Below, in pieces: positions 12,264 to 26,094 of a stretch of DNA of 64,000 nucleotides. The translations under genes were made by a program, and so were the position numbers. Below the pieces are notes generated by a model that was not told the DNA's origin, ran no database searches, and saw only the letters and a program-made list of their open reading frames with translations. The stretch comes from Eledone cirrhosa. Lineage: Eukaryota. Location: contig OZ024746.1 in the NCBI GenBank assembly GCA_964016885.1, positions 100,564,001 to 100,628,000 on the forward strand. Direction: 5' to 3'. The stretch's first letter is position 1. Each line of letters begins with the position of its first letter.

Positions 12264-14446
12264 TCTGAATACTCTAATGCCATTACAAATTTGCCACCTT
12301 GTGATGGAGGATACTGCACTGGTTTAATTACCCAGGGCTCAATTTCCAAAGGAATGGCATAAACCTCTGATATATCTATAGAAAAACTGGGTGAACAATT
12401 AACGGAAGTTTCCCAATTCTAATGGACTAGCATAAGGGTTATATGACCACTCCTTCTTCACGTGTGTCCAGCTATCATGTAAACTGAAAGTATTAATATT
12501 ATGGTTGTGGCGTATGGCTTAGTGGTTAGGGTTGTTAGACTGATGATCATAAAGTCATAGGTTCAATTCCCGGACCAGGCAGCACATGTTCTTGAGTAAA
12601 ATGCCTCCTCTGAAATATATTGTAAAAGACCAGCTAAACTTTCATTGGTGTAAACAAATAGTATGATTGGTCAGGCTGTCAATTGTTTGCGAGTATGCAA
12701 CAAAGTTTTAACTTTACACTAATAGATTATATTGGGTACTGTTTTGTTTAGTTCAGTATTTAACCCATTTGTGTACATAGACATCCATATAAAGGGTAAT
12801 TGAGTGTAGGTTGATGCCCATGAAAGAAGTCATACTTTTGTTTTTACAGTATAATTTTGTAGAAGCTAACCTTAACCTGCTATAGTTTATATGTAGCTAA
12901 CTAATTTCTTAATCTGTTTTCAGCAGTCTGTATTGGGTTTTTACCATATTTTCTAATATTCCTTTATGCCAAATGCCATTTTCATTTTATTTATTCTCTG
13001 CATGCCACTATATCTCAGAGAGAAATTCTGATTACTAATTCAGAACTGCTCTCGGTGCTTTACCATTTTAGCTCACTTTTTGTGTTTTATTTGTTTGTTC
13101 TTTTGTTTTTTATTTTCTTTTAATAACCATTGTAGGATCTGCATGCTATTTTCCAGTGCTAATGAAATACAATAATCATGTCTTATACAGCAAATGTCTT
13201 TTTTTTTTTTCTTTTCTAAGACAAAATGGGTAAGAAGTCTAGTCACTTGCACTTCATTATATTACTGGTACTTATTTTATCAAGCTCTGGAGGATAAAAA
13301 TAAAAATTAACATTGGTGTGGTTTGATCTCAGACCAATAACGTACAGAATTTCATATTTTATGTTTTCCATGTTGGTGTGAATTGGATGGCTTATTATGG
13401 TCCAAATCAAATCCTATTTGGAGATACTAACCTTCTTAACATGTCGGAGGATCATGTTATGTTCATATGTTCCAATTTTGGCACAGCTTATACTTCTGGA
13501 GGCCTTTCCTAATGTCAATCATTTGTACTAAGTGCATTTTATCTAGTACCAATACTAGAGAAGCTGTTTTTTTTTTTTTGTTGTTGTTTTGTTTTTCAGT
13601 GCAGGGCAATAGAAACTTCTCCATTGCTTGAAAGGCAAATCTGGCTAAGTGGATGATTTGAAGGAGTAGTGATAAAGAGCTGGATCATTTCACCTCTACC
13701 CTTACTGTTGACTACACCTATCTTTCTCAAATGAAGTCTACCTTCTCTGTCAGTCTACCCAATATCCCATTACACCTCTTGGACATTCATTGTACATACT
13801 TGCTACACTCTATAGTATTTCTCTCGACTCCTGTTCTGCATATTGAGCACAATTATTTCTCTGATGGTAGCAGTTCTATTTTCATACTTAAACTTTAGTC
13901 TTTGCTAGTTTTACATTGAAGTCTTTTGATTGCAGCTTTTTCCTCCATGTTTGGAATTTCTTCTCACATGTCTCTACAGATTCTGCTATTTCCATGAAAT
14001 CATCAACATACAAGAGTTTCCATTGTCAACCTGTCTTAATTTCAGTAGGGGCCTGATGGACTTCTACCTCCACACCTCATTCACCACAGAATTTATTGCT
14101 AACTCTTATCTTGATGGCTGCATCTCTACACATGGCTTGTATAACTCTCACAAGCCATTAGTTTCTTAAGCAACCAGTAAATTACAGAACATGGAACTCT
14201 GTCAAAGGCTTTTTCCACTCTGACTTAAATACTTCTGCAGTTGCAGGATAGCATTGATAACACCTCCCTCGCACAAAACTGAATTACATCTCATCAAAAT
14301 TTAATCTGTCCCTAACATAAACATAGGTTAGCTTACTATAGTTTGTAATAACCAAACAACTTTTGTGTTTATTCTGGCTTAGTTATCCTAGGTCTTGTCA
14401 TATTTTTCCAATTTGGAGATAAGATTTGTTTGCTAAATTGAGTAGA

Positions 14447-14662
14447 TTAACCCTTTAGCATTTATATTACTCTATATTTACTATTGTATTTTCATGGTCA
14501 AGGTTTTATCTCACATAATATCGAATCTACGAGATTTTTATATTATTTATTTTGAGACCAATACCTTAACATCAATATAAGCAGCCAGTTATGGCTGGTT
14601 TGAACATAAAGAGGTGAAAGAATTCTGCCCAAATACAGCCGGTTTAAATGCTAAAGGGTTCA
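14447..14662 (+). mobile_element. piggyBac-type (TTAA) MITE, copy 4
   Basis: TTAA-CCCTTTAGCATTTA ... TAAATGCTAAAGGG-TTCA. Confidence 0.9.
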
Positions 14663-14895
14663 ATATCCAAAGATTTTATCTGCTATCAACACCATTTTTT
14701 AAAGGCACTGTCCCACATAAGAGATATTAGAAAACCTAAACTTGTCAAAGAGAATTCATACAGTCTAAAATAACAAATATCAGTAGTTACCTTTTGATTG
14801 AAATTCTGTGATGGATTACCAACGCCTTCCATTGAATTGCAAGCAATCAAGACTCCTGCACCAAATAGTATAACATGTCCTACTGCAATTGTAAC

Positions 14896-15107
14896 TAAAC
14901 CCTTTAGCATTTACATTACTCTATATTTACTATTGTATTTTTGTGGTAAAGGCTTTACCTTACATAGTATCAAATGAGATTTTGATATTATTTATTTTGA
15001 GAACAATACCTTAACATCAGTATGAGTGGCTGGTTACAGCCAGTTTGAACTGAAAGAGGTGAGAAAATTCTGGCTGGGTATGGATGGTTTAAATGCTAAA
15101 CGGTTAA
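14896..15107 (+). mobile_element. piggyBac-type (TTAA) MITE, copy 5
   Basis: TAAA-CCCTTTAGCATTTA ... TAAATGCTAAACGG-TTAA. Confidence 0.9.
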
Positions 15108-16378
15108 TCAATCATTCAGATATATTGACTATTAATCACTATTCTATGTGACCAGGAATACTCAGCATTGTTCCAGAATAAACTCACTTTACAATGCATT
15201 CAGTATGCAAGAGTTACAATTTGCTCTTAAGTATTTGATTGGTTATCTCAGAATCATAGCTTGATTGGGGTTAGTCAACAACAGTAATTTAAATAAGTTC
15301 AGATCTTATTATTTAAGATTCGTGAAATGAAATGTATTTTGATATTTTGTTGGTAATATTTACCTTGGTTCTGTCCATCTTTTATATTATTTGATTCATT
15401 AGAATGTGACAAGAATTAACTACCTTGAATGTCTGAGAATTTCTGTCTTTTTTTTACAGGAAATTCAAAAGGCAGAGCTCTTTTGATGATTGAATACTGT
15501 CTCACTGGTTGGTTAAAATAGTCATACTTCTCTTGCAAGATCGTCTCCAAAATAGTCATACTTCTCTTGCAAGATCTTCTCCAAAATTTACTGTATATCT
15601 ATGACATGTAACTGTTAATAAAAGAAGGTACTCGAGGAGAATTAATATAAATAGGTATTTATCCAGAAATATGGTACCAGCAAATTCTTTGAAGCTTTAG
15701 TTACCAACCTGACCAAAACCAGCTCTAGTTTTATGAAATTAAATCACCCATTTTAAAGGTTTCCAATTTAAATTAAAATCTTCTAACATAATTTTATATA
15801 AGAACCTTACATTAAGTTACTATCTTAGTAATGAAATAATTAATAATTTTATTAAATCCCTCAAAATCCTTCATTAATTAATTGAAATAGTGTATTTCAT
15901 TAGAAATAGTCATGAAAGGATTAATGTAAAAGGGGCTAATATGATTATACTGAGCCCTATTTCATGTTGATTTGCTTGCTAAATTTCACCTTTCATTTTG
16001 TATTATCTTCAAGAATAATATTACTATAATTTGTAAAGAATAGTAAAACTATTTCTGCTGGGAATTAAAACTGAGTCCTTGTTCCAGATTAGCCAAAACT
16101 TAATTATTGATTATAGCCAATTGAATGAATATATTATCAGCCCTAGAGGTGAAAACAAAAGTAATTAGAAATTGTGTGTGTTAGTGAATCAGACAGATAC
16201 ATCATTCCTTGGTGCCTTAAAGAAATAATCTTTGCAAGTGACAGTCTATTTTCTGCTCTTCAAAGGTGTCTTTATAAAGTTTCATTCTTTTAACTTGAAA
16301 AGGAAGAAAAATATCATTGAACTTCGACCCCATTTTATTTTCTAATACTAATTTCTTTTGTCTTGTCTACCATTGCAG

Positions 16379-16507
16379 CCACCTCCACCCGGTTATGCTC
16401 CGAACGCAACGCAAATGGCTGCCATGCAGGGGCAAAATGTTATCCTCACACAACGAAAGAATGATTTCCTGGCTGGTGGATCTGGAGCTGGCTACACTTG
16501 GTACTAA
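16379..16507 (+). CDS. DAZAP2: DAZAP2-like last coding exon: PPPPGYAPNATQMAAMQGQNVILTQRKNDFLAGGSGAGYTWY*
   Basis: Polypyrimidine tract plus cattgcAG acceptor, 43 codons ending TAA; closely resembles the vertebrate DAZAP2 C-terminus (PPPPGCPPNAAQLAVMQGANVLVTQRKGNFFMGGSDGGYTIW). Confidence 0.95.
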   Translation, partial: PPPPGYAPNATQMAAMQGQNVILTQRKNDFLAGGSGAGYTWY

Positions 16508-18841
16508 AATGATGATACTGTTCTACGAAAGGTTGCTGATTTTGAGGGAATGAATCTAGCTTACGTCGGCTTTTCTGGTCCAAACGTTACATTTTTGATT
16601 CACTGCTGATCTTTCAGCTGCAGCATCCATTTTGTCCAAATCCATCCTCTTTCCCTTTAAAATCAATAACTCAATGCCTTGAATGATTGCTAGATAACTC
16701 ACAATGTATGCTATACCTGCCACATTCTAATCTTTCATCTTGTGGACTTAAATCATTTCAAAGGGGTAGCTACAGGTTTTTAACATGGGTGGAGATTATA
16801 ATCATTTCCTAGTCCTCTTCTCTACCTATTTTTATTTTCTTTACTGTTATCACTCCATCCTTTCCTCTTTCTCTTTCTCTCTCTTTCTCTCTCTCTCTCT
16901 TTCTCTTTCTCTCTTTCTCTCTCTCTCTCTCTCTCCATCCTCCTCCCTCTCCTTCATATCTTGTCTTAACGTTTTTTCTTTTCTTATTCTTCCTTTTATC
17001 GTTTTTCACCCTCTTTTTTTCTTTTCCTCTATTTCTTTCATGGTTTTTCTTCAACTCTTTCTCTCATTTCCACCCTGTAACACTTTCTCCCTGAAATATC
17101 TATCTACTTGACTGCAATTGTATTAGAAGTCAAGTAGAAACCAGCACTTAAACCCCACCCCGGCTATAATTTAAATACACACACAAACACACACCTACAT
17201 TCACACACACACACAATCCCACTCATTACCTGAGATTGTATAAACTTAACCCTTCTTGCAAGAGTGTTAACATGAGTGAATCCTGATCTGAGTGTGTATG
17301 TTAAAATTTGTTTTAATTTCATTAGGACTAATTCCTGCACACTGACCTTCCATAATGTTTCATTTCAAAGAATAATATTTCAAGTATAGGCAGTGGTTGG
17401 ACTAGAAGTGTATTTTAATATATAACCAACAATTTAGTGGAAATTCTTGCTTTTTCAAGGCAGCACTTGGGTTTCAGGTGTTGATCAGTTAAGAAGTAAA
17501 TCTGAAATTCTTTTAACAATGACAGCTTTTTAAATACTTTTTTATCTAGACATCTAGATCTGGCTACTTATACAGTAGATTCAACTTGAAAATCTAGATC
17601 TTGCTACTTATATAGTAGACTCAACTTGAACAAGGATCAACTGGAGATTAAAGTCTTCTGGACTCTATTACTCTGTTTCTTTGATGATTTTAGCTCTATC
17701 AGTAAATCCATGTTATTCTGGGTTTTCTTTCTTTGTTTTCGTATTCAATTCTTTCATTTCATAAATGCATGCACACACACACACACACACAAAACACACA
17801 CACACACACACAAAACACACACACACACACACTTGTTCTTTCACATTCTCCCTCATTCTAACATTTTGGTTTTAGGACAATTATAGACATTTTTTTTCTC
17901 TCTAAACATTTGATTAGTTTAGTTACATTGTTGATGTTTAATTTAATAGATGAAAAACAATGTCTAAATGGAATATATACCTTATTCATGAAAATAAGAC
18001 ACCATTTGAACAATGAATATAACTTAGTCTTTATTTAAGGTTACAAAATTTCCAAAACTCTTTGAGGTTTTTATTTTCAGATGGGGTTTCTTCATCATTA
18101 AAATTAAAAATTCAGACTTCTTTTAATAAATTTATATTTTTGTCTTTGTACCAGAAATAAGTCATTTCAAGAAAATATTATTATTGCATTGAGGATATTG
18201 TTAATAAATTTGCTTTGCTGGAATAGCATTCTGTGGAATAAAATAGAATCCTAAAACTTTTTACACTTCCCCGTCCCAACTCCAAACATATTGCAGTAAA
18301 GTTGAAAGCTTTATTGCTATAGTTTTCTGCAAATTTTTATGTTGTCAGTAGATAAAGGGTTAAATCAGAGTTTCTTGACAATATTTTAAAACAATTGTTT
18401 CAAAATATTAAAGAGTTTCTCCAATGCCATCTATCAGGCAGTTTTCTTCAGTAATACTTCCAAAATAATTAAATTGATATAGTTAATGTTTTTTAAAGAT
18501 TATTTTTTTATAGCCAGGATTGTTAAATTTAGTTGTTTTTTTAACACTATAGTTACTTTTCAAGCACAAACATGAATAATTTTAATAATTAACAATTCCA
18601 TTCTGTTAGCAACCTGGTTACAAATGTCTCTTCTGTGTAACACACACCCAAGTCCAACTCTCAGTATTAGTCAAGTCTCTCTACATAATATTTATCACTT
18701 CTGATATAGAAAATTTCATCTTTCAGCTTATGGATGTTTTCAAAACAAGAATGATTTAGCATTCACTATACTGTTGAAAAACGGCTTTCATAAGATTCTT
18801 GTTTTTAATTCTTCCAATCTAGGTTTTTTTTTTTTTTTTTT

Positions 18842-18882
<41 letters not shown>

Positions 18883-19050
18883 TTTATGAAGTATAAAATT
18901 GATGCATCATTTATATCCAACTTTGTAACGATTATATAATTTGTTGTATTTTTGTTTTATCCCTCTATTTTTCGTTTTAAGTTTTTCAATGTTGACCCAA
19001 TAGAATCTTTTATAAATAAATTTAAAAGAAAACGTTACCTTTTTTCATGT
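16508..19050 (+). other. Probable long AU-rich 3' UTR of DAZAP2-like, with candidate polyA signals
   Basis: No recognisable TE in this stretch after the stop; AATAAA at ~18125, ~18203 and ~19015, the last followed by a T-rich tract. The true end is unknown. Confidence 0.4.
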
Positions 19051-20086
19051 AATTTTCATTTAAAAAATTATGAAAAACAACCCCTATCAGAAATTACATC
19101 TCTGAAATATGCAAATAAAATCTGATTCTCTTTCATGAAAATTGTCCAAAATTTGCTTGCTTTTAATTAATTCTTCAAATATTTGAGTTCTCTAAAGAAC
19201 TAATATGTGGAAGGCTATTTGTTTCAATAATGAAGTTAATTTTCATTAAGTGAAAAGTGGTTTATAGTGAAAATCTGAACTATTTCACCTATATCATCTG
19301 TGATCTAATAACAGCCCATTTACATGTGCAGAAACTGGATAGTTTTCCTATATATTTCAATTACCCTCTTACAGATTACAAATGTTCTTTTTAGATATAT
19401 GTATACAGAATTAAAAACAAACTGCTTCATTTACTTTTAAAAATATCCAGTGGGAATGTTTCATTCCTTATTATTGAAGCTCTTGATCATATATAGAGCA
19501 TTATTCAAACTCTTCTGCCTGGGACCATAATGATAATACAGAGAATTACAGTCTCTATCTATCTCTCTCTCTCTCATATATATATATAATATATAGCCTC
19601 AACCATGTCTTAAATGTTGCAATTGTTGATAAATTAGATATGCTGCTCATTACCCTGTTATGTATTCCAGCCAACAGGCTGAGGCCATGCTGGGGCACCG
19701 CCATTAGAAACACTACAATAATTAATCTCTTAATCTAAAATTTCTTTATATTTTTGTTTAAATTTATTTTGTGTATAGAATAGGGATTGTCTAAATGTTT
19801 TATTTCTTAATTGAATATCAAAATCAACCACTTTCTAGTAAATTCTGCAACTTCATATATTTAATTTCTTTATATATTTAGCTTTTAAATATAAAAAAAA
19901 ACTAGATCGATCGTAAGTTTCTTTTACTATTCTAAATTATCTAGAGACCATTCTGAAATCATTAATATTGAAAAGTCCTTAACTATGTAACTCATAAAAC
20001 TAACAAATAAAGGGTTTTTCTTTAAATATTTACTTTTGAAAAGTAATTTCCTTCCAAAACAATTTAAAATAAATCTCTTCAGTTCT

Positions 20087-20868
20087 TAATATATATGTAT
20101 GTGTATATATATATGTATGTATATATATAGGTATGTATGTATATGTATGTGTATATGTGTATGTATGTATGTGTATATGTGTATGTATGTATATATATAT
20201 GTGTATGTATGTATATATATGTGTGTATGTATGTGTATATGTGTGTATGTATGTGTATATATGTGTGTATGTGTATATATATATATGTATGTGTATATGT
20301 ATGTGCATGTGTATATGTATATGTATGTGTATGTATATATATGTGTGTGTATATATATGTGTGTATATGTATATATATATATGTATATATATATATGTGT
20401 GTGTATATGTATATATATATATGTGTGTATATGTATATATATATGTGTATATGTATATATATGTGTGTATATGTATATATATGTGTATATGTATATATAT
20501 GTGTGTATATGTATATATATGTGTGTATATGTATATATATGTGTGTATATGTATATATATGTGTGTATATGTATATATATATGTGTATATGTATATATAT
20601 GTGTATATGTATATATATGTGTATATGTATATATATGTGTATATGTATATATATGTGTGTATATGTATATATATGTGTATATGTATATATATGTGTGTAT
20701 ATGTATATATATGTGTGTATATGTATATATATGTGTGTATATGTATATATATGTGTGTATATGTATATATATGTGTGTATATGTATGTGTGTGTATATAT
20801 ATATATATGTGTATATATATGTGTATATATGTATATATATATATATATATGTGTGTGTATATATATAA
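20087..20868. repeat. Compound (TA/TG)n microsatellite
   Basis: Nearly pure purine-pyrimidine alternation; it explains the spurious YI/CV ORFs here. Confidence 0.97.
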
Positions 20869-21619
20869 TTTGAGACTAGTGTTCAAAAACTGTTGAATAC
20901 TTTTAATTAACTGCTGTTTATAAGGAAATGTTACGAAACTGTTGTCAGTAAAAGATGGTAGCATTTCTGCTGTCTTTTGGCTGGTTTATTTTATCTGCAA
21001 ATGAAGTTGCTTTTGGATATTACATTGGCTGTGTGTTTCTCTACATATCTCTAAAGAAAAATTGAAACTATTGCTTCTTTTTCTTAAAATAGAAACAATC
21101 GGATTTATATTGTTCTCTTAGCTCTCTCTTTCTCTATCTCTCCCTCTCTCTCTCTCTGACAGATGTGTACATCAGTGCACATACACACATCATAGTTTTA
21201 AAATATCTAACAATCCCTGCCATATTAAATAACTGTGAACTGCCGATTCCCTGCTGTTAATATAAACATACCTGGTCGCAAATGTCATCATTTAACATTA
21301 TATAAGAAATTTTTTTTTTTTTTTTTTTTTCCCTGTCCCCCTTTTTATTTTTCTTCTTTTTAATCTAAATTGAATTGGGTACTGATCTTGAAAGCAAGAC
21401 ATCCCAGAATCGTACATGAGTAAGTACCCTTGGATATGACTTTTTGGTCATGCTTTTAAGACTAATAAAACTATTCCACTGAAACATTTTCTTTCTTTAC
21501 TCCTTTTTTTTTTTTTTTTTTTTTTGTTGTTTTGTTTTTTAATAGAAATTTAATTATGAAGTAACAATCCTGAAGAAAAATGAAGCATTTCTGTGATGAG
21601 AAGAAAACAAAATATGCTG

Positions 21620-21840
21620 TATAATTGTTTCTACTATAGACACAAGGCCAGCAATTTGAAGGGAAGGGAAAGTCGATTAAATTGACTCCGGTGCGTTACT
21701 GGGACTTTATTTTATCGATCCCTTAAGGATGAAAGGCAAAACAAACTTTGGCCGGATTTAAACTCAGAACGTAAAGGGCCATAACTCTGTTGCAAAGCAT
21801 GGTGCCAGACACCCTACCAATACTGCCAATCCACTGCGCT
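21620..21840 (-). mobile_element. tRNA-derived SINE
   Basis: Minus strand shows A-box TGGCAGTATTGG, B-box GAGTTTAAATCC, core GCCTTTCATCCTT..GGGATCGATAAAATAAAG and tail GGCCTTGTG..TAGAAACAATTAT. Confidence 0.8.
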
Positions 21841-21924
21841 ATTTGATTTGGCTCGAAACTAGTTTCCATAGAAGTCTGGTGAAAGTCATTGACTTGTTGC
21901 CATTATTTTATACACATAAGGCAA

Positions 21925-22092
21925 TGGAGGGTCAGATGCCATGCTTTGCAGCATAGTTACGGCCCTTTATGATCTGAGTTCAAATCTCACTGAGGTTAAC
22001 TTAGCCTTTCATCCTTACGGGGTCGATAAAATAAAGTGCTAGCAATGTACTGGGATAATTGTTGGCCTTGTGCCAAAAGTTGAAACATTATT
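21925..22092 (+). mobile_element. tRNA-derived SINE (same family, opposite orientation)
   Basis: GAGTTCAAATC B-box, GCCTTTCATCCTTACGGGGTCGATAAAATAAAG core, GGCCTTGTGCCAAAAGTTGAAACATTATT tail. Confidence 0.8.
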
Positions 22093-22199
22093 TTATACAC
22101 ATTTCTTTTTCAAGAAATACTCTAAGGTCTCAAATAATCCTTCCTCCTCCCCTGCTTATTAAATTTTTGGATTCTTCTGGCACCCGTACTCTTTCATTA

Positions 22200-22435
22200 A
22201 ATTTTGTTAATCTATCTCCAGTGAAATTATAAGTGGTAGCACTGCTGTGACAATTTTCTTTAGACACTAAAAAAAAAAAAACATACACGACAAAAGAACA
22301 TTACTAGAAATTTCATATGTTGGGTTGGGGCTCTCAATATGTAAACTAAACAGCTAATCTTGGTTTTTAAAAAAAAATCAAGGTAGACAACCTAGAGAAA
22401 TTAACAATTTCCCCCATCTGCCCTATTTCGGACCT
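22200..22435 (+). repeat. Old unclassified dispersed repeat, second copy at ~25730-25980
   Basis: Collinear shared blocks TCTCCAGYGAAAT, GTGGTAGCA, ACATTACTAGAAAT, GGTTTTTAAAAA.AATCAAGG. Confidence 0.6.
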
Positions 22436-23379
22436 GGAGTAAATGAAATACATCATTGGCAGGATTCAAACGTGATTTCTGAGGTAATGTGTCAACTTGA
22501 CATTCTATAGTCACAATGTTACTTCTTCAATATTCATACTTAACTAAAAACAAAAGTGATATTTTGTTTTCCCCCTTCTACAATTATTGAAGATTTACAA
22601 CTTGAATAACACTTTATAGTGTCACCATCATTATACATTTGCTTTACCATAAAAAACGGATCTCTCACTTTTCTTATACTGATGCTGTTGATAGAAAATC
22701 GGATCCCTTTTCTGTCAACAGAGGTAGAAACTGAAATTTTTTTACATCTGCTTTTCCACACTTGCATGGGTTGAACAGGTCCTTCTCAGCACAGCATATT
22801 TCCACTCATCGTGATCCTTTGTCATCTCTGTGAGTCTCAGTGATTTTTAGATCAGCTCTCACAACCTCTGCTTGTCTTTCTCGGTCTACCTCTACTGTAA
22901 CTTCCTTCCACTGGCATTTCCCGGCACTTCTTCACCCTGCAATCATTGTCCATGGGCATCGCATGTCTATATCAATGCAGTCTTCTCACCTACACAATCT
23001 CAAATTCCTCCATTATATTCTTAGTACAACCCCCCCCCCCCCCCCCCTATTTTTATCACCTTGGTATTTTCATGTTACATGAATTTCTGATTGATACATT
23101 CCATCCACCCTTCATCTTCTCACCTTCAAACCCAGCTTCTACAAAACCACCATTGTTTTGCCTTCTACCCACCACATACATACACTTACTGCCCTCTACC
23201 AGTTCAATTGGATGGTCAGAGCTTTACCTCTGCTATACTAACTATCCCTCGCAACTCCTGCTTAGCCCCTGACCCCTCCACAACAGCTAGGCATGTAATT
23301 GAAATCACGCTCTTAAGTATACCTTTCCACATCTTACACAAAACCCATGGTGATTAAGCCTCTATATTTGCTGCTCACT

Positions 23380-24200
23380 TTCTACCCTACTTCACATTCC
23401 ACACACATTGTCAATCTCTTCCAAAACTATCTCTCTAATCCACCATCAGGTTCACCATGATACACTGATATGTGCATACAAAGGCATCTCGGGTTACTTC
23501 AAATCAAAAGGACACCAGCCCTGACAATATCCCTCCGGTCATTCAAAAAAAAAAAAATGGGAAGAGCTAGCCCCTATTCTCACCAAACTCTCTAGGGTTC
23601 TATTTCAATATTTGGAAACATGCTACAATTTATCCCATTTTAAAGAAGAGCTTTCCCTTTGACCCAACTACCATACTGTTGTAATAACATCCATCTCAAA
23701 GGCGGTAGAGACGGTCATTAGCAACCTTCTCCAGCACATCGAATGACCAACAGTATGGTGTTCACATCTACAAGAGACTCTCCTGTCACTCACCAGTAGG
23801 CCTTGACACTCATGAATTTTGGTGAAAACTTGTACACAGCATCAAAGTATTTTATTTGGCACATGGATCTTCTGATTAATCTTTTTGGTTTCATCTATTT
23901 AATCACTAGCCTCCTGTCAGATTCTATCATCTTATAGAGTTCTCTCTGACCCCAGTATCAATATTGTTGTTCCTCAAAGTTTTCTTCTTGCATTCTTCCC
24001 CTATACACCAAAGACCTTGCTAGCAATGGCCACTTTACACAGATGATACCAGCCCTTATTCTTCCATAAACCTCTGCACCTAAGTGTCACCTAGAAGCTC
24101 ACACCAAACCTGCTCTGCCTCCAATAGAGTCCTCAAAAGCAGCCTCTAATGGAATTTATCAGTCTTGTCTCCTTCAACTGCACAAAATCACAATCATTAC
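23380..24200 (+). mobile_element. Highly degenerate CR1/Jockey-group RT remnant
   Basis: Fragments read PDNIP, WKHATIYPI, ISKAVE, DQQYG, VPQ and YTDDT across frames. Confidence 0.55.
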
Positions 24201-24202
24201 AA

Positions 24203-24360
24203 GGGTGGTGGTTTGGCAGTATCAGTATTGCATCAGACACCATGCTTTGCAGCATAGGGTTATAGCCCTTTACATTCTGAGTTCAAATCCTGCCAAGGTT
24301 GACTTTGCCTTTCATCCTTACAGAGTCAATAAAATAAAGCACCAGTAATGCACAAGGCAT
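24203..24360 (+). mobile_element. tRNA-derived SINE
   Basis: GGGTGGTGGTTTGGCAGTATCAG head, GAGTTCAAATCC B-box, GCCTTTCATCCTT core. Confidence 0.8.
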
Positions 24361-24787
24361 TAATTTCAACTTTCTTTCCAGGGACTCTCTTGAAAAATAA
24401 ACCTCATTTGGTCATTCCATGAAAGTATCTTGGTCATCCAACTTTACACATCCGACCCTCATAAATAGAACTGACCATGTGTAATATTAAGTACAATGTC
24501 TGTCGGGGTGGATTTAACACAATAAACTGTCACATGTCAACTGAATCAAAACCTTGATCCAATAGCTGGCATAACTTCAGTTTGTTGATGCCATAGTCTG
24601 CCTAATTTTGTCTCTACAACTTTCTTAATCATTCTTATTTTTCCATGATTTTTTACCTCCAGAAACACGTTTTTCCACCATTTATTATACCTCCGCCTGC
24701 TTATAAGAATTTAAGCGAATGGCTAAACATTCCCCTCCCCCACCTATTATTTGGGAGACGAGAATACTTGTTGAAATAAATACCAGG

Positions 24788-25070
24788 GTTGTAATAATTG
24801 TTTCTATTTTAGGCACAAGGCCAGCAATTAACCAGTACATTACTGGTACTTTATTTTATCGACCCCCGTGCGGATGAAAGGCAAAGTTAACCTCGGCGGG
24901 ATTTGAACTGAGATCATAAAGGGACGTAACTCTGCTTCAAAGCATACTGTCCGACTCTCTACCGATACTGCCAATCCACCGTTGTAATAATTGTTTCTAC
25001 TTTAGGCACAACAAGGCCAGCAATTAACCAGTACATTACTGGTACTTTATTCCACCGTTGTAATAATTGA
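24788..25070 (-). mobile_element. tRNA-derived SINE with reduplicated 3' end
   Basis: Near-full copy followed by a repeated tail; GTTGTAATAATTG occurs three times. Confidence 0.8.
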
Positions 25071-25199
25071 CTGAAAGAGTTATTGGTACATCAGCATGGC
25101 AGCAATAAATTTACTGAAAGCCACTGAGAGAATAAAACTGTCTTTTCATACTTTGAGAGGTTCATACTGCCAATAACTTCAAGTATCAATCGTTCTCCA

Positions 25200-25298
25200 A
25201 CAGGTTTGCAGTCAAGCCCGTAGCGGTGGAGACTTCTGGTGTCCTTGGCTCTAGGGCTACCTCCCTACTCACTACCATAGGCGCTGAGCTGGCTAGCG
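25200..25298 (+). mobile_element. Short fragment of the CRE-like LINE endonuclease region
   Basis: Reads FAVKPVAVETSGVLGSRATSLLTTIGAELAS; close match to 36786-36844 joined to 37526-37560. Confidence 0.8.
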
Positions 25299-26094
25299 CA
25301 TGGGATTCTATTTGCTCATAATAGTGAGCGATGGGAAGGGCAAGAGAGATAGAGGCGATGACAGGTGGTAGTTCGAGGTTATGAACAGAACACGTGATAT
25401 AATCGAGAACTATCAGAAGGTATGTGGATACATGATTTAGTGACGAAGTATTTTTTTTATGACTTTAAAGTACACAAAATATTCGAATTCGTTATGCCAG
25501 TATGGGATCGAGTGCCGCCGTGCTAGATGCCTCAGATTTATCGTTTCTTCAATTATATAATAACTAAATATTCAAAGGGAAATAATTTTGATTTTTTTTT
25601 TTTTTTTTTTTGGTTTTCAATCCGTAACACACTAAACAAGAGTTGTTTACCCCTGTATGAAAACTACTTTCCGGTCTCGAACCCCTACACACTTTTTAAT
25701 GTTTCAGATTTTTCAGCCCAACCTATAAAATTTTGCTTATCTAATCTGTCTCCAGCGAAATATTATTTTAGGTGGTAGCATTCCCTGCGACAATTAATTT
25801 TCTTAAGACATTAAATGCATAACAAAAAAAGTACATTACTAGAAATCCCATTTATTATAAAATAAATAGGATGTCGTTTAAGTATGAAAGCTTAACAACT
25901 AATTCTGGTTTTTAAAAATAATCAAGGGAAACAATCTAGAAAAATTACTTATTTTCCATGACCCACTTATTCGAACTCAGCCATTTCTTTGCGAATAATC
26001 CCAAAGTGAAAATTCTTTCCATTCAGTGAATTATGGTAAAATCCTGAAGAACTAAAAATGAAACTAAAAAAGTCCAACAAAAGCACAAACAAAT

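Noticed and set aside
12505-12600. tRNA gene
   Set aside because: A and B boxes are followed by SINE core sequence and no cloverleaf acceptor stem; it is a SINE head.
16317-16553. ORF-track 78-aa peptide
   Set aside because: Wrong frame; the real DAZAP2-like exon is 16379-16507 in another frame.
20030-20964. Long ORFs of 243-292 aa
   Set aside because: Translations of a TA/TG microsatellite lacking stop codons.
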